A stretch of 64,000 bases of DNA from a virus. The stretch lies in the IMG/VR virus record IMGVR_UViG_2802429064_000003. The stretch is one strand, 5' to 3'. Positions 46,673-56,834 of this stretch are shown here, piece after piece; within the stretch, counting starts at the first letter, position 1; every line of letters starts with the position of its first letter. A program made the translations under genes and the position numbers. The notes beneath the pieces are model-generated. The model was not told the DNA's origin. It searched no databases and saw nothing but the letters and a program-made list of their open reading frames with translations.

Positions 46673-47523
46673 TGAGCGGTATCGACTTCACAACCCGGGA
46701 CGGCAGCGCGTCCGTCCGAGGCGCCGAACGACCATATGGCGCTGCGCTGGCTGCGCGACTCACGGCGGCGATTCTGGAGCTCGACGGGCAGCGCACGCAG
46801 GAGCGCAATCGCCGCATCTTGCCGGACATCTTTTTCCGGCAGGCCGCCTTCAACGACCAAAGCGCTGGTTGCACTACATCATTGACCGACGCCTTCACCT
46901 ACTGGGCGCCGATGGCTGGGAAGATGTATGAGGAGGGGTCGGCGGACATTCGTATCGGAGATAAGACCGAGCGCCCCGATGGGTTCGTCATCAACACCGC
47001 GGTGGTTGCGGGCAGCGACCCGATCGCACTTCTGACCCGCATTCACGCCTACTCAGAGGAGGGGCTGCTGGTCGGGGGAATGGACCGATCCTGGCTCGCG
47101 GGAATCATTGACGACGGACTGCAGGCATACATCCTGCGCGACAAATCCGGGTGGGAGGGCGCCGCTGAACTGCTCCGGTCGGACAGTCGTAGCCCCGCGA
47201 TCATCACCACCAGTCAAGGCGTTTCCCTTTCGTGGTTGCAAGGCGCTGCGGCCGGCTTCTACGCCGACGGCCAAAGCGACCAAGAGCGTTGGGCCGCCGA
47301 AAAAGCCTTCGACGCCCTTTCAGGGGCAGAGCAGTGGGACTGCTCCATCAGCGCACTTCTGGAGGAGCGCCGGCCAGACGCGAGCTGGTGGCTCATGCTC
47401 GATCCGGAGACTTTTCATAAGCCGTCACATCTCGGGCTACTTACGGCCTTCGACGCGATCGAAGCCGACACTGCAGCCCAGAAGGCCGAGAAGGACCGGC
47501 GGGCTGAAGGAGTAGTGCAGTGA
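46669..47523 (+). CDS. Hypothetical protein
   Basis: ATGA-coupled ORF. Confidence 0.5.
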   Translation: MMSGIDFTTRDGSASVRGAERPYGAALAARLTAAILELDGQRTQERNRRILPDIFFRQAAFNDQSAGCTTSLTDAFTYWAPMAGKMYEEGSADIRIGDKTERPDGFVINTAVVAGSDPIALLTRIHAYSEEGLLVGGMDRSWLAGIIDDGLQAYILRDKSGWEGAAELLRSDSRSPAIITTSQGVSLSWLQGAAAGFYADGQSDQERWAAEKAFDALSGAEQWDCSISALLEERRPDASWWLMLDPETFHKPSHLGLLTAFDAIEADTAAQKAEKDRRAEGVVQ

Positions 47524-47762
47524 CCGATCGGCTGCCCGCGCGGTGGGATTCGCAGCCGTTGGCGACGGCGCTGGAGGTGATGGCCGCTTCTGGACCGGCA
47601 GAAGGCCGCTTGCGATTCGATTTCGGACAAGCCGGTTCGGTGGGACTGAGTCTGCACCTCAATCCGACCAAGCTCAGCCGAGGAGCCTCTGACGCACTTC
47701 TTGCTCAGATCGCGCAGCTGTCGCTTTTGGCGGCCAAGTCGACGCAGCAGGTCATCGGATAG
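47520..47762 (+). CDS. Small hypothetical protein
   Basis: Coupled ORF. Confidence 0.4.
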   Translation: MTDRLPARWDSQPLATALEVMAASGPAEGRLRFDFGQAGSVGLSLHLNPTKLSRGASDALLAQIAQLSLLAAKSTQQVIG

Positions 47763-47846
47763 CTCCGATGTGTACGCCCAACTGGTGCGCGCGGTGCTCA
47801 TCTCTCGATAGGTGATGACACGGGGTCGCGCCCTTCACCGTTGATA

Positions 47847-47863
47847 TTCTCTAAAATAGAGAA
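47847..47863. promoter_or_regulatory. Operator/promoter palindrome TTCTCTAAAATAGAGAA (perfect arms)
   Basis: Immediately followed by the -10-like TATAGT. 14 nt to the ATG at 47877. Confidence 0.65.
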
Positions 47864-47876
47864 TATAGTGGGACGT

Positions 47877-48590
47877 ATGGGTACTGCTGTCGTCACTCAC
47901 CAGGGGCGCCGATTCACGGTGGAAACCTATGTCGACCCCTACCCGGGCAAGGCGGCGACAGATCGCATCTGCTGGACCGAGACATGTGGCCGGTGCGGCG
48001 GTAGCGGAATCTTCACCTGGTGGACCAGCACCGGCCAGGCGGGTGGAACCTGCTTCGGCTGCGACGGAGCCGGACGCGTGTCGCGCAGTCGTGCTGTGTC
48101 GATGTTCCGTCGCGATGCACGCCTGGAGGCGCTGTTCCGTGAGCACGGACAGCAGCTGGCCGACGAAGCAGCGGCGGCTGCACAGGCGGCTGAAACCGCG
48201 AGACGTGCCGCCGAATTCGACTGGGCGTGGGAAGCAGCGCATGCCGAGCAGGAGCGTCGCGCCGTCCTGAACAACACTCCGGCTGGAACAGAAGGGGAGC
48301 GTCTGCGCGATCTGGAGGCCTCGGTGACCGTCTCGGCTGGCTTCGAACGCACCGGTTACACCGGCCATACCGAGTACGTGAAGATCGTTGTGTTAACGCT
48401 GGAGACCGGTCAGGTACTCATGTGCAAGGGAACTGCCAGCTGCCTGTACGACGTAGGTCGCGGCGATCGTGTGAAGATCACCGGAACAGTGTGCGGAACC
48501 GGCATGTACCGAGGCCAGCTACAGACCGTATTGCAGCGGCCGAAGATCACGGTGATTGAGCGCGCCGACGCGGGAGATGCGAGCCGTTGA
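47877..48590 (+). CDS. Hypothetical protein with a DnaJ-type CxxCxGxG zinc-finger-like segment
   Basis: Start moved to the ATG downstream of the operator. CWTETCGRCGGSGIF...CFGCDGAGRV. Confidence 0.5.
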   Translation: MGTAVVTHQGRRFTVETYVDPYPGKAATDRICWTETCGRCGGSGIFTWWTSTGQAGGTCFGCDGAGRVSRSRAVSMFRRDARLEALFREHGQQLADEAAAAAQAAETARRAAEFDWAWEAAHAEQERRAVLNNTPAGTEGERLRDLEASVTVSAGFERTGYTGHTEYVKIVVLTLETGQVLMCKGTASCLYDVGRGDRVKITGTVCGTGMYRGQLQTVLQRPKITVIERADAGDASR

Positions 48591-49159
48591 AAGGAAATCC
48601 TGAAGACGCTGTGATCGCCGAGATCAACGCGTTGGAAGCCGACGATTTGATCGACAGTCAGCTAGCCGCGGGCGAGACTAGGCCGGGGCGTGTACCGGCA
48701 TGCCGATGTGGTGCGCCCTGGCATGGCCTGCCCCGCGGCGGCTGCCCTGGAAGCCACGTGGCAGGGGAACTCGAACTATCGGAGGAACGCGCCGGAGAGA
48801 TCTACATTGACGAGCACTACGAGTTGCGCGCGAGTCACGGCCCGATGCAGGTCATTCCGAGCACCTTTGCGTCGGGCCCACCCGTGGACGATCCTGAGTC
48901 AGCTATGCGCCGATTCATTGATGACGTGCACCGAATGGCCGAGGAGATGGCTAGCCGCGCCGGCGCGTCGGATCCGATGGTGATCATCAGTGGGTACGGC
49001 TCTCCGATGGATCAGCTCTTGGCTGTGGGTGGTGATCATGCGTCGCGCTTTCGCCTACCTCCGCGGCAGGGCCTGACGATGGATGGGGCGAGAACAGAAG
49101 AGCGCCGCCGGTCATGGCAGCAGCGATTGCGCCGGTTGTTTCGTTCTGGATCGGGCTAG
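48587..49159 (+). CDS. Hypothetical protein
   Basis: Coupled ORF. Confidence 0.45.
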   Translation: MKGNPEDAVIAEINALEADDLIDSQLAAGETRPGRVPACRCGAPWHGLPRGGCPGSHVAGELELSEERAGEIYIDEHYELRASHGPMQVIPSTFASGPPVDDPESAMRRFIDDVHRMAEEMASRAGASDPMVIISGYGSPMDQLLAVGGDHASRFRLPPRQGLTMDGARTEERRRSWQQRLRRLFRSGSG

Positions 49160-49236
49160 TCGGTCTGCCGCGGCGATCCGCCACGCCGAAGGTCGATGAC
49201 GCGCAATTCGCCACGGTTCCGTGTTGAGCTTGATTC

Positions 49237-50034
49237 ATGGACATCGCACCGGGTCGACGCGCCGACGTACACATGTGGGTGACTAGCCATCAATACGGCA
49301 GCGGCACTGCGCGTATTCAGACATTCCGCGATCGGGAAGGGCGCGACATCGCGTTGATCACGCTCCGCGATGGGGACGTCGATCCGGGCCCCCACTTGGC
49401 AGCCGTGGAGTACCAGAGATGCGCTTGGCACGACTTCTTCCCTGAGTCGCCTCGGCCACCGATCCTGATCTTCAACCTGTTGGGTTCGAAGGCCGCGTTC
49501 GATGCGGAACGGGAAGTAATCATCACTGAGTTCGACACTGACGGAAGGTATCTGGGCCTCACCGATATTTCCCAGCATGACCTCATCGTGCTGAATCAGC
49601 TCGGAGCCGAATGGGATGAAGGCACTGGCTTTGTTCCGTTGCAATATCCGCCAGTCGCGCACTTGGAGGTTCTTCGGCAGGTTGCTGTGTGTGAACTCCC
49701 GGAGGGCGATCTGTTCCGCGATATGAACGAGTTTATGACCGTTGACTGGGCCGCTGCAGTGTCCGTGGCTGTGGAGTGCCTGTCGTCCGGATCGAAATTC
49801 CCGCCCGACCTTCCGACACATGTTCCGCGCGACCTCGCGAAAGCCGCACAGTCGTTTTGGCGCAAGCCCATCCGACTCATTGTCGAGCCGGGTGAGCCGC
49901 CACGCTTTGGCAACGGACAGCACAGGGCTGAAGCTCTGCGTCGACAGAACGCCACGGTCGCGATCATGCTGGACACACGGCTGGTCGACTCCGAACCACT
50001 TTCCGGCGAGATCAGGATCGCCAACGAGCTTTAA
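49237..50034 (+). CDS. Hypothetical protein, possibly ParB/Srx-like (GNGQHR)
   Basis: A single motif, FGNGQHRAEALRR, resembles the ParB N-terminal nuclease domain. Weak evidence. Confidence 0.45.
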   Translation: MDIAPGRRADVHMWVTSHQYGSGTARIQTFRDREGRDIALITLRDGDVDPGPHLAAVEYQRCAWHDFFPESPRPPILIFNLLGSKAAFDAEREVIITEFDTDGRYLGLTDISQHDLIVLNQLGAEWDEGTGFVPLQYPPVAHLEVLRQVAVCELPEGDLFRDMNEFMTVDWAAAVSVAVECLSSGSKFPPDLPTHVPRDLAKAAQSFWRKPIRLIVEPGEPPRFGNGQHRAEALRRQNATVAIMLDTRLVDSEPLSGEIRIANEL

Positions 50035-50061
50035 CTCGAGGACATGACGTCGCTCCCAGGG

Positions 50062-51894
50062 TCAGTACCCCGCGTACTTTTCGGTTTGCGCGTACGCGCG
50101 TAGCGGTCGCGATACACCGGTCGAGCGGCGAACCAGCAGCATCTTTCCAGAACCGTCCCAGCCCGATGGCGGAAGCTGAACCGCATCATCGCCCATGAGC
50201 ATTACCGCGTCGTCGTGGGTTGGCTTGGAGGTCAGCAGCACCGTCGAGCACAAGTCGAGCCACCGAGGCGGGAATCTCTCCTCGTTATCCAGTGTCAGGG
50301 TGATCAGCACCAGGTGGAGACCCAGTTTGCGGCCAGTGGACAGCAGTTCTGTAACTAGGGTGTGTAGCTCTTCGCGTTGTGCCGCATCGAAGTAAGCCCA
50401 CAGTGCGTCGTCAAGCGCCAAGAGCTCGGGCTTGTGGAGTTTCGGACTGGCACGGCGCATCTCTATCTCTGCGTGAATTCCCCTGATTTGGTCGAGAACC
50501 GCGTCCGGATCTTTCCGCGAATTTAGGTGTCTGGCACCCCACCGGTTAGTGGCTAGCGCGTCCCGCACCAACCCTCGCACCAACATCGATTTACCGCGGC
50601 CTGCGCCGCCGAATACCAGCAAGTGGCCATCCATAGCGGGGGTGTAGGGGACTGGCTCACCGGTGGCGTCCAGACCGAGTGGAAACGCCGCCCACGAGGT
50701 CAGTGTCGTCGACACCGTCGGCAGCGGATGTGGTGATGGTGCGGGGAGCCGTTCCATCTCGCGCGCCAGCTGGGCTGCGGCGATGAACTGGGCGTTGTTG
50801 GTGGTGGTTTCAAACGATTTCAGCTGTCGGTTGGGCAATGTCACGGTGCGATCGGGGTTCAATGACACGTCGCCGCGACTGAGCGCACCAAGGACTATCG
50901 TGCTGGCCGCTGACAGCGCCGTGTGGAGTTGGTCGAACAAGGCACTGAGGGACATGACACCGCCGGCGTCTGCGACGATCGCGGCGACATCGGCACTTTC
51001 ATCGGGCCAGTAGTCATTGAGTGGGTCCGCATCGTTCGCCTGCACCTGTGGCTTCGTCGATTGCGGCGGCCACAGTTTCAGTATCGGCTCGCCCCAATGG
51101 CTCCCTGCCAGTGTCTCGATCATGCTTCTTGTCTTCGAAGTGTCGGTCGATGCATGCGGTTTCGGTTCCCGAATATCGATTTTCGTCTGTGCGAAGGGGC
51201 TCGGGTCAGTGATCCAGAACCGCAACATTTCGCGCAACCGGCGTGCTTCAGGCTCGCCAGCAGTGTCCAGCCATCGGATCAACGCAGGTAGCGAGTTCAT
51301 TCCTCGCGGGATGCGGAAGTCCTCTGCGAGGATCTTGTCTAGGAACATGGCCTCGGCTGAGGTCGGCTCCCAACCGAACATGGGAAGCAGCTGGGCCAGC
51401 ATGCAAGCCCGGGCGTCGCCTGGTTTCAGTTCAGCCAGCGGGTCGACGTGGCGTACATCTACGCGGTTCACAGAACCGCCCGTGTGCAGTACCTCAGGAA
51501 GCGGTTTCCACGTCCCTTGAACGGAGACTTGTCCGTCTGCCACGACCACGCCAAGAACGTCGCCGCCCTGGTCGAGAATCAGGTCGCCCGGGCGGACGTC
51601 ATTGAGTGCCACCGGTGGCCAGGATGAGTCAGAATTCGAAGGACGCCCGTCGTCGGGGTTGAGAGCGGGGGCCGATCGCTCGGCTGCTTGCGTGAACTCG
51701 TCCAGTACGAGCCGGACGGGGCCATCACCGTCGGTGTCGTTTGGCAGGAACCGCAACGGCTTGGCACCGAGCACGCTTTCCGGAGCATCGATAACGGCAC
51801 GAGCGAAAACACGGGCGTTGTGCAGCGTGAAATCCAGCCGAGCACGCATGAGCGCCTTGGCCAACATTTCGGTGCGATTGGTGGCAGATGCCAT
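50062..51894 (-). CDS. FtsK/SpoIIIE/TraB-like P-loop ATPase (C-terminal), with a large N-terminal domain of unknown function
   Basis: AAGGGAGG RBS before the ATG at 51894. Walker A FGGAGRGKSMLV and Walker B LHLVLITLTLDNEE. Confidence 0.6.
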   Translation of the reverse strand: MASATNRTEMLAKALMRARLDFTLHNARVFARAVIDAPESVLGAKPLRFLPNDTDGDGPVRLVLDEFTQAAERSAPALNPDDGRPSNSDSSWPPVALNDVRPGDLILDQGGDVLGVVVADGQVSVQGTWKPLPEVLHTGGSVNRVDVRHVDPLAELKPGDARACMLAQLLPMFGWEPTSAEAMFLDKILAEDFRIPRGMNSLPALIRWLDTAGEPEARRLREMLRFWITDPSPFAQTKIDIREPKPHASTDTSKTRSMIETLAGSHWGEPILKLWPPQSTKPQVQANDADPLNDYWPDESADVAAIVADAGGVMSLSALFDQLHTALSAASTIVLGALSRGDVSLNPDRTVTLPNRQLKSFETTTNNAQFIAAAQLAREMERLPAPSPHPLPTVSTTLTSWAAFPLGLDATGEPVPYTPAMDGHLLVFGGAGRGKSMLVRGLVRDALATNRWGARHLNSRKDPDAVLDQIRGIHAEIEMRRASPKLHKPELLALDDALWAYFDAAQREELHTLVTELLSTGRKLGLHLVLITLTLDNEERFPPRWLDLCSTVLLTSKPTHDDAVMLMGDDAVQLPPSGWDGSGKMLLVRRSTGVSRPLRAYAQTEKYAGY

Positions 51895-52173
51895 GAGAGG
51901 AGACCTCCCTTTCCGTCGAGCGGTGCGTCCCCGGCCCGCGCCCGCCACGAAAAGGGGAGAGCTGCGTAGAACGCGACCTTCACGAGGTTCTTCGGCCCTT
52001 GCGGAGTCTCGTCAGCCGCCGCCGGGGAGCGGAGCTGGTCGAGAGTCCAGGCGCGGGAGCAGTTCTGGCCCCGTTGCGAAGGTACTTCCAAATTGCGATC
52101 GGACCTAATCGGATGAACTGACGACTCTCGGCGTGTCGCGAGCCGCTGGACGGCTTGTCACCCCAACCATCTA

Positions 52174-52190
52174 TTCTCTAAAATAGAGAA
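52174..52190. promoter_or_regulatory. Operator/promoter palindrome TTCTCTAAAATAGAGAA (perfect arms)
   Basis: Located 16 nt upstream of the ATG at 52207, with an AAAGGCGGGG RBS between. Confidence 0.65.
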
Positions 52191-52206
52191 ATCGAAAGGC
52201 GGGGTA

Positions 52207-52389
52207 ATGGACCTTTGTGAGAACGCTGTCGAACTTGGCTTCACCGCGACCTCGACACCGCGAGAGGTTGTTTCCATCGCGGGCAAGTTGGTGGACGAGC
52301 GCGGCTACTCAGAGTCTGTTTATGACACGACCAGGTCGCTGATGCGCCTTCAGCGTCAGCTCCGCACTGAACAGGCCGGTGCAGCATGA
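52207..52389 (+). CDS. Small hypothetical protein (60 aa)
   Basis: First ORF after the operator. Confidence 0.45.
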   Translation: MDLCENAVELGFTATSTPREVVSIAGKLVDERGYSESVYDTTRSLMRLQRQLRTEQAGAA

Positions 52390-52622
52390 GTCACCTCATC
52401 ACCCAGGCGGACAACGAGTATCGCCTCTATGTTGCGGGTTCCGGCACCGACTGCCTCGCGTATGCCAAGAGTGAAACCGTCGTAGGCGGATCGGAAGGGT
52501 GGCGTGTTCGGCCGCGCGGTATCGCTGAACACCTTGAGGACTTCGTAGTGAAAGACGAAGGTCAAGCGCTCACTGCGCTTAAGGCTCTCGGCCTCGCTTA
52601 TGAGGCCGGAGGTGGGGGATAA
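52386..52622 (+). CDS. Small hypothetical protein (78 aa)
   Basis: ATGA-coupled to the previous ORF. Confidence 0.45.
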   Translation: MSHLITQADNEYRLYVAGSGTDCLAYAKSETVVGGSEGWRVRPRGIAEHLEDFVVKDEGQALTALKALGLAYEAGGGG

Positions 52623-53128
52623 CCCGAACTCGCCCCAAACGCCGAGACGCTGCGGCTCAACGACCGCAATTCGACCGAACAACAGGAGAACAAGGTGGAC
52701 GACCCGTATGCCGCTGAGCGCGAAGAGGCGCGAGCAGCTCGAGCTTCGATGTCCGAGATGGACCGTGCCGCTATGCACCTCGATGCGGATTTGGGGATGT
52801 GCGGGGATCGGGAGGACGCACGAGGGGAGTACTGGTGAACCGCGCGCTAGTGGTCTGCGGTGCCTAGTTGCGATGTCGGCAATTCACTCTGACTTGTCGC
52901 AAACCCCTGTTCCCATCCGGTGTGGAATCCGATCACGAGCAAGGTGATCTCGGCTGGTTTGTATCCGAGTGCGCGGCAGTGGCGCTCGTACTGACTGGTG
53001 GAGTGAATTCGGACTTCTCGCCGGTGCATTGAGACGGCTCCTCCCTGGTGATATGTGCCGAACAAGCTCGCCACGCTCTGTAGTCGAGACAGCTCGATGC
53101 TCAGTTAGGCCGCGCGACCACAAGGCGT

Positions 53129-53752
53129 GTGCGCGCCGCGGTCGGCCCGTGTGTGCTGGGTCTTCCTACGGTCTCGGTCATGAAAGAGTTTCTGCTGCAC
53201 CCGGTGGTGCCGATGGCCCTGCTGGCGGTGTGGACGATGATGTGGTGGCACCAGCGCAAAACGCCGCCGGTTCTACCGAAGATGGACCGCGTCAACGCGC
53301 GCCCGGGTGACCTTTCGCTTGGCGGCTCCACGGCGACATCGAAGACTGAGATGCGTGTGCGCAAGGTGCTCGAAAATGCCGGGTATCGCACCTATCCGCA
53401 GGGGACGCTGATGTGTATGGGACGTGACAGCGCCGGCAAGAACCGCTTTTTCACGCCGGACATCTTGCTGCGCAAGCCGTTCGCGGTGGTGGAAGTCGAT
53501 CCGGCGCACTGGCATGGAGCGCCGGAGAAGGTCGCAGAGGACATCATGCGCAACCGGTTCTATGCGCGACGTGGCCTGCGCGTGATCCGGGTACGCATCG
53601 CGGGTACTCAGGCGCTGGGGCCTAACGACGTCGTGATCGGCGAGTCCGACTTCGATCCCGCCAAACACCGCACTGTTCTGTTGAGGGCAGTGGCCTCAGC
53701 CAAGATGGTTCCGGCGAGCTACTGGACGTCGATGCAGCGGAGAGGGACGTGA
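53129..53752 (+). CDS. DUF559-type endonuclease-like domain protein (Vsr/restriction endonuclease-like fold)
   Basis: FFTPDILLRKPFAVVEVDPAHWHG...DIMRNRFYARRGLRVIRVR fits the DUF559 pattern. Confidence 0.5.
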   Translation: MRAAVGPCVLGLPTVSVMKEFLLHPVVPMALLAVWTMMWWHQRKTPPVLPKMDRVNARPGDLSLGGSTATSKTEMRVRKVLENAGYRTYPQGTLMCMGRDSAGKNRFFTPDILLRKPFAVVEVDPAHWHGAPEKVAEDIMRNRFYARRGLRVIRVRIAGTQALGPNDVVIGESDFDPAKHRTVLLRAVASAKMVPASYWTSMQRRGT

Positions 53753-53847
53753 CATTCAGGCGCTTATCGAGGTCGCGGTAACCCATATTCGCCAGGAGGT
53801 TCCGCTGTTTGTCGGGAATCAGGTCAGAGCCAGCAGTAGGGATAGAA

Positions 53848-54456
53848 CTATCCCGCGTTGAAGTCGCGCAGGGACCGGCACCAATCCAGTTGGTATAGCG
53901 ACGTTGTTCCGTCGAGTGCAGGATCTCGTTGTACTCGGCCGGATCCGTCGGTGAAGTAGGCCAGCTTCGCACCGTCACGGGTGTAGAGCCCTACCGGGCG
54001 ATAGGTCATGAGAGGGAACTGGTCTGCTGACGTGCCGTATTCGTGCAGAGCCGCGTTGTAGCGTTCGACGTCGTACAGCGCGCTCTCTGCCGTGGTGGTG
54101 GTCCCGGTGACTGGCTCTTGTAGCGCGCGTGGATCGCGGCAGGCAGCGGAGAGCGATTTCGATGTCTGTGTGCGAGCCGCGCGCAGATTGGTCACTGCCC
54201 GATCGCGCTTCTCACCAAGATCACGGCTCCGCAACCCATTCACCAGAAATGCGTATTTCAATTCCCCATCTGACACCGTGCTCGTGGCCGATGACGAATG
54301 CGCGACACGGTCATCACGGAGCTGCATGTAGGCCGCACCGCTAATCGCGCCGAGGGAGAACACGGCTACCGCCGTGGCTGCTGGCACCAGCTTTCGGATC
54401 GGAGCATCGCCGAGCTGTCGGAGTCGATTGGAGATCTCGTGGGTCTTGATGCTCAT
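53848..54456 (-). CDS. Hypothetical membrane-anchored protein
   Basis: N-terminal TM helix VPAATAVAVFSLGAISGAAYM. Confidence 0.45.
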   Translation of the reverse strand: MSIKTHEISNRLRQLGDAPIRKLVPAATAVAVFSLGAISGAAYMQLRDDRVAHSSSATSTVSDGELKYAFLVNGLRSRDLGEKRDRAVTNLRAARTQTSKSLSAACRDPRALQEPVTGTTTTAESALYDVERYNAALHEYGTSADQFPLMTYRPVGLYTRDGAKLAYFTDGSGRVQRDPALDGTTSLYQLDWCRSLRDFNAG

Positions 54457-54467
54457 GCGTGGTCCTT

Positions 54468-55460
54468 TCAGGCTGCGGCGGTCGTGGCACAGAATGCGCC
54501 GGCGAAGGCTTCGGCCAACGCCGCGGCGCGCTGGCGGTATTCCTGTCGAGACAGTCCGCTGTCTCCACGCATATACCGGGAAGCAAGGCGCGCCAACGCA
54601 TCAGCACCTTCGTTCAGTGGTTCCCCGCTGTGAGAGCGCACCCAACGGATCTCGACGCGTTCCCGGAGTCGGTGGATACGTCGAAACGCTGAGACTAGTT
54701 CCGCCTCTTCGCCTTCTCCAAGCTCGGTGATGTAGCCGCCAGGCATTACCTGCTCTCCTCTCTGCCAGGCCTTGGCCATCGTGATCGCTGCTTGGCAGTC
54801 GGTGAACAGCGTGATGTGCTCATGTCGTCCCAGACGCCGCAACGCCTCATCGATTCCACGAAGCTCCGATATCAAGACTTTCGATCCTCCATGCATACGA
54901 TTCGAATGCTGGAATCCGCGCAACCCGAAAGCGCCGCTGTCTGCCAACCATCCACAACCGAGGGACGTTTTGCGGACCGACCCATCGGTGGCCACTGTGA
55001 CCGGCGGTAGCAAGGTCTCAGGTGGGCGTGGTTTGGGGGATTTCTTCTTTTCAGGCGCAACGGGGGCGATTTCGTCGAGCACCTGGGCGGCCTCGCCCAT
55101 CAGCAGTCTCACGTACCCCTCGGCGCCGCTGATTACGGTGACGTTCAAGGCCGATTGGATAGCGGTCAGTTGTGCCCGTGCTGCCCAAACGACCCGGGGT
55201 GGGACCATCACCTGTAGGTGACAATGGGTCGGCTGCGTAACCCGCAGAGTCGCAATGACATCGAACAGTGCAGTCTGCAGATTCGGGGACTTCGCGATGC
55301 CCGACCAAGCGCCGGTGGCTGATTTCGCGCAATAGGCGTATCCGCGCCCCGAACCGACGCCACGGAACGCGACCGCGACGGAGGTGGCTCCGGTTGTAGC
55401 GGGCAAGAATTCAGATTCTTCTCGTGTTGACTGGCTTTGGCCGCCATCGTGGATCGTCAT
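54468..55460 (-). CDS. RNase H-like domain protein (C-terminal half)
   Basis: VATDGSVRKTSLGCGWL...ISELRGIDEAL...TLFTDCQAAI match RNase HI catalytic motif positions (DxS...E...D). Confidence 0.55.
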   Translation of the reverse strand: MTIHDGGQSQSTREESEFLPATTGATSVAVAFRGVGSGRGYAYCAKSATGAWSGIAKSPNLQTALFDVIATLRVTQPTHCHLQVMVPPRVVWAARAQLTAIQSALNVTVISGAEGYVRLLMGEAAQVLDEIAPVAPEKKKSPKPRPPETLLPPVTVATDGSVRKTSLGCGWLADSGAFGLRGFQHSNRMHGGSKVLISELRGIDEALRRLGRHEHITLFTDCQAAITMAKAWQRGEQVMPGGYITELGEGEEAELVSAFRRIHRLRERVEIRWVRSHSGEPLNEGADALARLASRYMRGDSGLSRQEYRQRAAALAEAFAGAFCATTAAA

Positions 55461-55600
55461 GGCAGCAGTATTGGAGTGATTGGCCTCACGCTCTCCGCGC
55501 CCGAGACGACACGCCGATGCAGCGGTGGCACGCAGATCTGAGCGCCGGCGTGCGGCTCTTGAGTGGAAAGGCAGCGCGGATTAGCGCTGACAATTGCCCG

Positions 55601-55897
55601 TCATGCCGCGTTGCCTTTAAGGAGCCGTTCAATTTCAGCCGTGGGGATTCGTCGAGATCGTCCGAGTTTCACCGCGTTGACTTCCCCTGAACGAATCAGT
55701 GCGTAGAGATGGGCTCGGCTGATGCAGAGCTGTTTGGCTGCCTCTTCCACGCGATATAGCTTCGGACGATCGGTGGCTGACACAGCGTGTGCCGCGTTGA
55801 CTGCGGGGAATATTGCCGCCAGCTGCTCAACCTGTTCAGGCGAGGCCGAGCGTATCAAGGTGTCCAGCGCCTCGGAAATGGGGTCGTTGTCGCTCAT
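55601..55897 (-). CDS. Excisionase-family/MerR-like HTH DNA-binding protein
   Basis: KLYRVEEAAKQLCISRAHLYALIRSGEVNAVKLGRSRRIP is an HTH_17-type signature (Xis/AlpA-like). Confidence 0.6.
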   Translation of the reverse strand: MSDNDPISEALDTLIRSASPEQVEQLAAIFPAVNAAHAVSATDRPKLYRVEEAAKQLCISRAHLYALIRSGEVNAVKLGRSRRIPTAEIERLLKGNAA

Positions 55898-56186
55898 GAC
55901 TCTGATCGTCTAGGGCGAGTGTGGTGGTCTCCAGTGAGTGGTTCCGACACGCCGAGAAACGGTAGATTCAGAACCGCGGTGCTCCTGGCGGACTCAGGTG
56001 CGATTCGGTGGACACAGGGCGCCGCGTTCTTGTGTCAAACCCCGGTGACCCTACGCAACCTTCGATGACCCACCGATGACCCGTAAGGGTTAGACAAACC
56101 TGTTCTACCTGGACTAATAGTGATATGCTCTGTACTAGCACGCTCGGAATAGACGAGCGTAGACGAACCACGAGGTCACACGCGAG

Positions 56187-56218
56187 GGGTCGCTGGTTCG
56201 AACCCAGCCGGGACCACC
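56187..56218 (+). other. tRNA 3-prime-end-like fragment (T-arm GCTGG-TTCGAAC-CCAGC plus acceptor strand CGGGACC-A): candidate att core or remnant of a tRNA target site. No complete tRNA is present.
   Basis: A perfect T-stem/loop and a 7-nt acceptor strand, but no complementary 5-prime acceptor strand or D-arm within 100 nt upstream. Confidence 0.45.
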
Positions 56219-56834
56219 GTATAAGTACAGGCAGAGGGGTTTTTCTACTCAGCCGAATTCCATGTTAATTAAGAGTGGATTAAGAGCTGACCCACTTATG
56301 ACCCAGTCTGGGTTATCCATCTGAGCTGTTCGCGGCGCTTTAGCGATCGAATGAGGCGTTGCGGCGGAGGGGTCGCTTCCTAAACTCGCGAGAACTGGGC
56401 ACCTCCACCCCGCGGCGTGGGGCGTTGAAATCACAGTACTGACCCCGTCCGCGCTAGCTACACCCAGTCCTGGATGGTGAAGGTTCTCGGTAGTGGGCGT
56501 CCTCTTTTGAGGTCTGAACGTTGCAGCTGGTTGCGTGGCGCCAAGCGGGTGGAGCGGCTGGTCGGTGTTACGCGGTTCCAACGCGATTTCGCTAACCGCT
56601 GCGTAGCGGTGCACATTGACCGAATGATTCGGCGATGGATTCCGTCGAGCATGCTGCGGCGAAAGCAGCTGTGAATTGTCCGGATGCGGGCCTGCCGGGC
56701 GTTGGTCTGGTTCTCGGTGTGGTCCCGCGCCCCTCGCTGACCGTGCGACCTGTGGGTTGTCGTGGCCAAGGAATGGCCATCAACGCCGATCGAAGCGCAG
56801 GGTTCAGCGTTCCGGATCGCTGCGTTGCAGCTCG

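Noticed and set aside
56101-56225. A complete tRNA gene
   Set aside because: Only the T-arm and the 3-prime acceptor strand are present. No complementary 5-prime acceptor strand, D-arm or anticodon arm could be folded in the preceding 100 nt on either strand.
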